In this document: positions 58,209 to 64,000 of the stretch, piece by piece
How positions within the stretch are numbered: position 1 is the stretch's first letter
Layout: each line of letters starts with the position of its first letter
Assembly (NCBI GenBank): GCA_049515535.1
Contig: JBEKTZ010000003.1
Location: 248,001 to 312,000 of the forward strand
DNA: 64,000 bases
Source: Candidatus Aminicenantales bacterium
GTDB lineage: Bacteria; Acidobacteriota; Aminicenantia; Aminicenantales; UBA4085
Direction of reading: 5' to 3'
Made by a program: the position numbers and the translations under genes
The notes under the pieces: model-generated
What the model was told of the DNA's origin: nothing
Seen by the model: only the letters and a program-made list of their open reading frames with translations
Databases searched by the model: none

Positions 58209-59198
58209 ATGAACAGGAAACCGGTCCCGCTCTTCAGCCTGGCCTTCGTGAAAGCCTATGGGATCACGATGCGGCCGTATCTTTTGTTCATCTCCGCGGC
58301 GGCCGGAATGGCCGGATTCGCCGGCGGTCCCGCGCGCGGAGCGGCAGCCACGCTGGGCGCGTTCTTCGTTTTCTTCTCCGCCTACGGATTCAGCCAGGGA
58401 TTGACCGACAGTTTTCAGATGGACACGGACGCCATATCCTCCCCCTATCGCCCGCTCATTCGGGGCGTCATCAGCCGGGGCCAGACGATCGGCGTCAGCC
58501 TCGCCGGTCTTTCCGTCGGCGGCGCGATTCTGTTCGCCCTCAACTCGAGGACGCTCCTCCTCGCGCTGCTCTCCGTCTTCGGCCTCGCGACGTACACGTT
58601 TTTCAAGCGGCGCTGGTGGGGCGGTCCGTTCTACAACGCCTGGATCGTGGCCTTGCTCCCGATCATCGGGATGATGGCCGCTTGGGGAACGCATGTCGCG
58701 CCCGCCCCGGTTTTCTGGAGCGGCGCGCTGTGGCCCATCGTCGTTGGAACATTTTTCAGCTACGCCAATTTCGTCCTGGCGGGCTATACGAAGGACATTT
58801 CGGCGGACCGGGCCACGGGCTACAACACGTTGCCCGTCGTCTTCGGTTGGAGTAAAACGGCGTTCGCCTCGGATGCTTTCGCCGCGCTCTCCGTCCTGGC
58901 GGCTGGCTGGGCGATCGCGCCGTTCATCGCGTCCGGACGAGTCTTTTCGTCGAGAGGGATTTCAATTTTGGCTCTTGCCGCGGCGGCCGCGGTTCTTGTT
59001 TTCGCCCAGCTCGAGCTCCACCGGGTCCGCGATGAAAAATCCGCGTTCAAGCCCATCGTCAATGTCGTCCGCGGTTTCATCCTCCTTCGACTCGCGGAAA
59101 CCGTTTCGTTGCGGCCGGGTTGGACTCCGGCGGCCGCGGTCTTCTATCTCTGTTTTGAGTGGGTCCTGAGCCGCAGGCCCGCGAAAGAGCAGGTGTGA
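58209..59198 (+). CDS. UbiA-family prenyltransferase (DGGGP synthase-like)
   Basis: 'MRP', Asp-rich 'TDSFQMDTDAISSPYRPLIRG', 'KDISADRATGYNTLPVVFG'; ~8 TMs. Confidence 0.85.
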   Translation: MNRKPVPLFSLAFVKAYGITMRPYLLFISAAAGMAGFAGGPARGAAATLGAFFVFFSAYGFSQGLTDSFQMDTDAISSPYRPLIRGVISRGQTIGVSLAGLSVGGAILFALNSRTLLLALLSVFGLATYTFFKRRWWGGPFYNAWIVALLPIIGMMAAWGTHVAPAPVFWSGALWPIVVGTFFSYANFVLAGYTKDISADRATGYNTLPVVFGWSKTAFASDAFAALSVLAAGWAIAPFIASGRVFSSRGISILALAAAAAVLVFAQLELHRVRDEKSAFKPIVNVVRGFILLRLAETVSLRPGWTPAAAVFYLCFEWVLSRRPAKEQV

Positions 59199-59199
59199 C

Positions 59200-60126
59200 A
59201 TGCGTATTTACGTCAATCCCGTTTGCAATTACGGCCAGGGCCGCCGGACCTGGGACATGGTTGTGCCCGAGCTCCGACGGCGCTTCGGCGCTTTCGACGC
59301 CGAGGAAATCATGGCGCCCGAAAACCTCGAAGGCCGGGTGAGAGTGACCTTAGCGGCGGGCGAGCGCGTCTTCATCGCCGCCGGAGGCGACGGAACGGTC
59401 AACCTCCTTTTGAACGCGCTTCTGAGTTCCGGCGTGACGGGCCAGGACGTCGTCCTCGGCGCGGTCGGGCTCGGCTCGAGCAACGACTTTCATAAGCCGT
59501 TCCGGCCGGACCGGTTCGTCGCGGGCGTCCCCATCCGGATGGATTGGGAAAACCCCGTCTCTTGCGACGTGATCGCGGTCCGCTATCAGAACGGCGGCGA
59601 CGGCCTCTCCTCGCGGCATTGCCTTATCAACGCCAGCGTCGGCATCACGGCCGAGGCCAACGCGCTCTATAACTCCCGCGCCCGGTCCGTCGCCCTGTTC
59701 AAAAGAATGTCCCACGAGGCGGCCGTCGTCGTCTCCGCCCTGCAGACGATCGCGCGTTATCGGAATATCGACGCCGCGCTGTCGTTCGAGAACCGGACAG
59801 CGCGTGCGTACGACATCACCAATCTGGGCGTCATCAAGAACCCCCATTTTGCCGGCGGCCTGTGCTATGACCAGGCCGTCCGTCCGGACGACGGCCAGAT
59901 CGGCATCAACCTTTGCGTGGGCATGACGAAATGGGAGGCGATCAAGACTCTCCTTCGTTTATACAAGAAAGATTTCAGCGGGCACCCTAAAACATATACG
60001 TGGTTCGCCCGTGAATTCGCCCTGCGGAGCGAGAAAGCGTTCGCCCTGGAGATGGACGGCGAAGTCGTCAAGACCGACAGGGCGATTTTCAGCGTCTATC
60101 CCGGTCTCATGAGGTGTTGCGCGTGA
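59200..60126 (+). CDS. Diacylglycerol/sphingosine kinase (YegS/DgkB) family lipid kinase
   Basis: 'VNP', 'AAGGDGTVN', 'GLGSSNDF', 'FAGG', 'PDDG', 'EMDGE'. Confidence 0.88.
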   Translation: MRIYVNPVCNYGQGRRTWDMVVPELRRRFGAFDAEEIMAPENLEGRVRVTLAAGERVFIAAGGDGTVNLLLNALLSSGVTGQDVVLGAVGLGSSNDFHKPFRPDRFVAGVPIRMDWENPVSCDVIAVRYQNGGDGLSSRHCLINASVGITAEANALYNSRARSVALFKRMSHEAAVVVSALQTIARYRNIDAALSFENRTARAYDITNLGVIKNPHFAGGLCYDQAVRPDDGQIGINLCVGMTKWEAIKTLLRLYKKDFSGHPKTYTWFAREFALRSEKAFALEMDGEVVKTDRAIFSVYPGLMRCCA

Positions 60127-61184
60127 ACGCGCTCGAGGAGATCCTTGAAAACCGGGCCGTGGACGGCTGGGCGCGGCACTTCGCCCGGCATCCTTTTCAG
60201 ATCAACCGGCCCCACGAGTCCGACGCGGAGCTCGTCGAGATGAAGGGCGGCCCGTATGTGTTGGCCGTCACAATCGATACCATATCCGAAGAGATCGCCC
60301 GCGGCGTGTACCGCGATCCGTTCACGATGGGCTGGGTGACGGTGATGGCCAATCTCAGCGACCTGGCCGCGGTCGGCGCCCAGGCGCTGGGGATCGTCAT
60401 CAGCGTGGCGCTGGAGCCTAAACGGCCGGAATCTTTCCGGAATCGCATCGCGCAAGGAATGGCGTCAGCCTGTCGGGCGCTCGACGTGTTTATCCTCGGA
60501 GGGGATACATCCGCAGCGCGCGAGGTCAGCCTGACAGGCTGCGCCTTCGGCTTCGTTCCGAGCGGAGATAAATTTTTGACGCGCATGGGAGGCCGAGCCG
60601 GTGACACCGTTTTCATCAGCGGCGGCGCCGGCCGCGGCAACGCTCTGGGCGTGAGAGCGCTGACGGGGATGCCTGAGGAGGTTTTTGCCGAAGCTTCGTA
60701 TCGGCCCATGGCCCGGCTCAAAGAAGGAGCGCTGATCAGAAAATTCGCCGCGTCCTGCATGGATACGAGCGACGGCCTGTTCATCACTCTCGACCAGCTT
60801 ATGCGGCTCAATCATATCGGTTTCGACATCGTTGCCGGGTGGGAGAGCATCCTCGCTCCGGACGTTCAGCGATTTTGCGCCCGGACGGAAGTCCCGCTCT
60901 GGTTCATGGCCGCGGGCATTCACGGCGAATTCGAACTCGTCTTCACCGTTCCGCAAGACGATGTTGGTCTTTTCCTGGATGAAGCCGAGAAGACCGGCTT
61001 TTATCCCGTCCGGATCGGCGTCGTCCAGGAAAAGCCCCGCCTGACGTTGACGCTGCCGTCAGGATCTCGAACCGAGCTCGACATGGCGCCTCTGCGAAAT
61101 CTCTGGGCTGACCCGGATGTTTCCCTATCTCGGCTTTTCGAAGAACACCATGCCTGGGGCAAAAAATGGGGCATCGAGCCATGA
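60123..61184 (+). CDS. ThiL-like kinase (PurM/AIR-synthase superfamily)
   Basis: 'ANLSDLAAVGA', 'LGGDT', 'CMDTSDGL', 'GEFELVFTV'; GTGA-coupled. Confidence 0.8.
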   Translation: MNALEEILENRAVDGWARHFARHPFQINRPHESDAELVEMKGGPYVLAVTIDTISEEIARGVYRDPFTMGWVTVMANLSDLAAVGAQALGIVISVALEPKRPESFRNRIAQGMASACRALDVFILGGDTSAAREVSLTGCAFGFVPSGDKFLTRMGGRAGDTVFISGGAGRGNALGVRALTGMPEEVFAEASYRPMARLKEGALIRKFAASCMDTSDGLFITLDQLMRLNHIGFDIVAGWESILAPDVQRFCARTEVPLWFMAAGIHGEFELVFTVPQDDVGLFLDEAEKTGFYPVRIGVVQEKPRLTLTLPSGSRTELDMAPLRNLWADPDVSLSRLFEEHHAWGKKWGIEP

Positions 61185-62287
61185 TCCCGATCGCGCGCCG
61201 CATGATCTGGAGGGAAAAAGCCCGCTTTTTCATCACGGCGGGAGGCTTGGGATTGACGGCCATGCTCATGATGTTTTTGCTGGGCGTGTACGAAGGCGTG
61301 AAAAGGGGATCGACAGGCTACGTCAGGGAATGCCCGGCTGGCATTTGGGCCTGCGATAACAATTCCACGAACCTCCTCCGGAGCTCGTCCTTCATGCCGG
61401 CCGCGCTCGAATCGGAATTTTATAAAACGGAGGGAGTGGAGGACGCCGCGGCGATTCTCCGCGTCCTTGCCACGACGAGGATCAAGGGGAAGCCCGTCAC
61501 GCTTTTTCTGTTTGGCTTCGATCCGAAGAAGCCGATGGCCAGACCCGCGCGAATCCTTCAAGGAAACCCGGACATCGGGCCGGGGGAACTCATCGTGGAT
61601 AGGGCCTTCGCGGCGAAATTCAAACTCGCTCTCGGCGATCCGGTCGAGATCCAGGGCCGGAGCTTCCGGGTCGCGGCCGTCGGGGAAGGAATGAACGCCG
61701 TCGTGACGCAATTCGTTTTCACGACGCTCGAGGACGCTCAAAAACTGCTGGGGTTTCCCGGCGTGGTCAGCTTCTTCCTCTTGTCTTTGAAGCCGGGGGC
61801 ACCGATGGAGGCCGTTCTCCGGGATCTCAAAAAGAGCCGTCCCGCGCTGTCCTTTTTCACGAAAGATGAGTTCATCCGGAACAATCTCGACGAAATGGAA
61901 ACCGGCGTCCTGCCGATCTTCTGGACGATCGCCGTGCTCGGGGCGATCACCGGCGCGGCCGTCATCGCCCTGATGCTCTATGGATCGGTTCTCGAAAAAA
62001 GGGAGGACTATGCGCTGCTCAAGGCGATCGGGGCCCGGCCGCGATTCTTGCTGACCCTCATTTTGAAACAATCGTTGATCGTCTCGGTTTCCGGATTCCT
62101 GATCGGACTCGCGCTCGAGGCCGCGCTCTCTCCGGCCTTGCGGAATCTCGTTCCGAGTCTTTCGGTCGTGATGACGGTTCGCTCCATTTTGGCCGTCTTC
62201 GCGGCCGTCCTTTTAATCGGCGGGCTCGGCTCCGCGGCGCCCGTCAGAAAATTATCGCGCATTTTCCCGATGGAGGTCTTTCGGTGA
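61181..62287 (+). CDS. ABC transporter permease, MacB/FtsX/LolE type
   Basis: 1 TM + periplasmic domain + 3 TMs; 'EKREDYALLKAIGA'. Confidence 0.85.
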   Translation: MIPIARRMIWREKARFFITAGGLGLTAMLMMFLLGVYEGVKRGSTGYVRECPAGIWACDNNSTNLLRSSSFMPAALESEFYKTEGVEDAAAILRVLATTRIKGKPVTLFLFGFDPKKPMARPARILQGNPDIGPGELIVDRAFAAKFKLALGDPVEIQGRSFRVAAVGEGMNAVVTQFVFTTLEDAQKLLGFPGVVSFFLLSLKPGAPMEAVLRDLKKSRPALSFFTKDEFIRNNLDEMETGVLPIFWTIAVLGAITGAAVIALMLYGSVLEKREDYALLKAIGARPRFLLTLILKQSLIVSVSGFLIGLALEAALSPALRNLVPSLSVVMTVRSILAVFAAVLLIGGLGSAAPVRKLSRIFPMEVFR

Positions 62288-62988
62288 ATGACGCGCGGCC
62301 CGCCCCGGCGATCGCGACCGAGAACCTGACGAAGATCTATCTCAATCATTCCCATCCCTCCGTCCAAGCCGTGAAAGGCGTCGGCTTGAGGGTCGCCGCG
62401 GGAGAAATCGTCCTCATCAGCGGCCCGAACGGGAGCGGAAAGACGACGCTCCTGTCCATGCTCGGCTGCCTCCTCAAGCCGAACGCGGGAACGATCCGGA
62501 TTTGCGGACGGGACGTGACCGTCCTGGATCAGAAGGAACTGGCCGATTTCCGGTTGAGACATATCGGATTCGTCTTTCAGAACTTTCGTCTTCTCGATTC
62601 ACTGAGCGTGATGGAAAACGTCGAGCTGCCGTTGAATCTGGCCGGGATCCGCCGGCCGGAGTCCCGCGAGCGGGCGCGAGCGGCGCTCGAAGAGCTGAAG
62701 ATATCTCATCGTGCGTGTTTTCACCCCAATGTTTTGAGCGGCGGAGAAAGACAGCGCGCGGCCATTGCCCGGGCCCTGGTCAACGATCCCGGGATCATCT
62801 TGGCCGATGAGCCGACGGGCAGCCTCGACTCGATTGCCGGGCGGGCCGCCGTGCAATACCTCAGCGAAGCGGCGCGAAAAAGAGGCAAGGCCGTCGTTAT
62901 CGTCGGCCACGACGAGCGCATCAGGTCCTTCGCCGACCGCGTCATCACGATGGAGGACGGGCGGGTGAAGAAGGAGGAACGTCCATGA
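62284..62988 (+). CDS. ABC transporter ATPase, LolD/MacB type
   Basis: Walker A 'GPNGSGKTT', 'IGFVFQ', 'LSGGERQR', 'LADEPTGSLD'. Confidence 0.95.
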   Translation: MNDARPAPAIATENLTKIYLNHSHPSVQAVKGVGLRVAAGEIVLISGPNGSGKTTLLSMLGCLLKPNAGTIRICGRDVTVLDQKELADFRLRHIGFVFQNFRLLDSLSVMENVELPLNLAGIRRPESRERARAALEELKISHRACFHPNVLSGGERQRAAIARALVNDPGIILADEPTGSLDSIAGRAAVQYLSEAARKRGKAVVIVGHDERIRSFADRVITMEDGRVKKEERP

Positions 62989-64000
62989 CGCCGTTCTGCC
63001 GGAAAATCAATTATTCGTCTGTGAACGAAGACGGACGGTCCGAGATCCGAGCGCTCAAGATGGGCGCGGCCGACCGCGTTCTCTGCATCACGGGCAGCGG
63101 GGCGCGGCCCCTCGATCTCCTGACCGAGAACCCGGCTGAAATCGTGGCCGTGGATTTCAATCCCTGCCAGAATCATCTGCTCGAACTCAAAATGAGGGCG
63201 GTCGAAAGCCTGGCGTATGAGGATTTTCTCGGTTTTATCGGCGTCCATCCATCCGCGAAGAGGCTTCGCGTTTATAAAGAATTGCGGGGCGGGCTTTCCG
63301 TTGCGGCCGGACGATTCTGGGACGGGAAACTCCGGATGATTAAAAAAGGGATCATCTATCAAGGCGGATGGGAAAAATATTTCAAGTCGATGGCGATCCT
63401 CTTCGGTCTTGTCCGGGCCGATCTCTTAAAAGCGATCTTTTCGTGTCGCACGGTCGGCCGGCAGGCCCGGTTATGGAGCGAAGCCTGGGATTCCCCGGAG
63501 TGGAGGATGTTCCTCCGCTTCGTTTCGCGGCGGGCGGTTTGGAAATACGCCTTCCGCGATCCCGGGTTTTACCAATATGTGCCTGAAGATTTTTCGATCT
63601 ATGGATACCATGAAAGGAAATTTGAACACGCTTTCAAAAATGTCCTTCTCCGGGAGAGTCCCTACGCCGCGCTCTTGTTTCTGGGCCGGCTTGCGGACGC
63701 GCTGCCTCCCCATCTTCAGGAACGGCACTATGAAACCTTGCGCAAAAATCTTCACAAGGTTCGGATCGTGACAGGATCGCTCGGGGACATCCTCGCTGGC
63801 GGCGCCGAATCGTTCGATAAATACTCGCTCTCCGATTTTTCCTCCTATACGGATAAACGGGAATATCGGCGGATCTGGCGCGGAGTCATAAAGTCGGCGG
63901 CTCCCGGGGCGCGCGCCTGCGAGCGGCAATATCTGGTCAAAAGAGATGTTCCTTGGGACGTTCAAGCTTGCGTCCGCAGAGAGAGCGAGCTGGAAAAGGA
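62985..64000 (+). CDS. BtaA-like DUF3419 protein (SAM-dependent 3-amino-3-carboxypropyl transferase), 3'-truncated by window edge
   Basis: Not in the ORF track (no stop codon); hand-translated MTPFCRKINYSSVNEDGRSEIRAL..DRVLCITGSGARPLDLL..AVDFNPCQNHLLELK..YSLSDFSSY; ATGA-coupled; open to window end. Confidence 0.82.
   Translation, partial: MTPFCRKINYSSVNEDGRSEIRALKMGAADRVLCITGSGARPLDLLTENPAEIVAVDFNPCQNHLLELKMRAVESLAYEDFLGFIGVHPSAKRLRVYKELRGGLSVAAGRFWDGKLRMIKKGIIYQGGWEKYFKSMAILFGLVRADLLKAIFSCRTVGRQARLWSEAWDSPEWRMFLRFVSRRAVWKYAFRDPGFYQYVPEDFSIYGYHERKFEHAFKNVLLRESPYAALLFLGRLADALPPHLQERHYETLRKNLHKVRIVTGSLGDILAGGAESFDKYSLSDFSSYTDKREYRRIWRGVIKSAAPGARACERQYLVKRDVPWDVQACVRRESELEK

Noticed and set aside
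56925..61184. Assigning gene symbols bioF, spt, thiL or btaA
   Set aside because: Family membership is clear but substrate specificity cannot be established by eye; no bio or thi context

Overview
GC-rich bacterial chromosomal window with an outer-membrane Omp85 gene, so probably diderm. The gene repertoire is reminiscent of Aminicenantes/Acidobacteriota, which is inference only. I found no rRNA, tRNA, CRISPR array, integrase or transposase. (1) 1-3.9 kb: MFS transporter, YgiQ radical SAM enzyme and an AbiE type IV toxin-antitoxin pair. (2) 4.1-35.8 kb: a ~32-kb array, bracketed by the abiEii 3' end and an internally deleted copy of it. It holds six intact paralogous WD40-like (PD40) beta-propeller proteins plus one pseudogene. 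Each intact propeller is paired with its own transmembrane signalling system: four TPR-sensor HK/OmpR-family pairs, one BlaI/BlaR1 (propeller fused to the M56 protease) and one ECF/anti-sigma pair. Module-specific 10-11-bp tandem operator boxes are visible, as are many truncated remnants. (3) 35.8-43 kb: a sigma54-type lipoprotein, an EEP phosphoesterase-Omp85 fusion, a TonB-C lipoprotein and a glycoside hydrolase. (4) 43-52.3 kb: two exported TPR-CHAT proteases, an ECF/zinc anti-sigma pair in an AT-rich island, a HasA/NodC-like GT2 and a small secreted peptide. (5) 52.5-64 kb: ndk, a QueG-like protein and a two-component system, followed by a tightly coupled, apparently undescribed lipid operon (SPT-like, UbiA, DAGK/sphingosine kinase-like, ThiL-like, ABC, BtaA-like). 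Its 4x11-bp TT(G/A)ACA box array also occurs upstream of the EEP-Omp85 gene. Several REP/MITE-like short repeat families are present, one inserted in frame into a histidine kinase.
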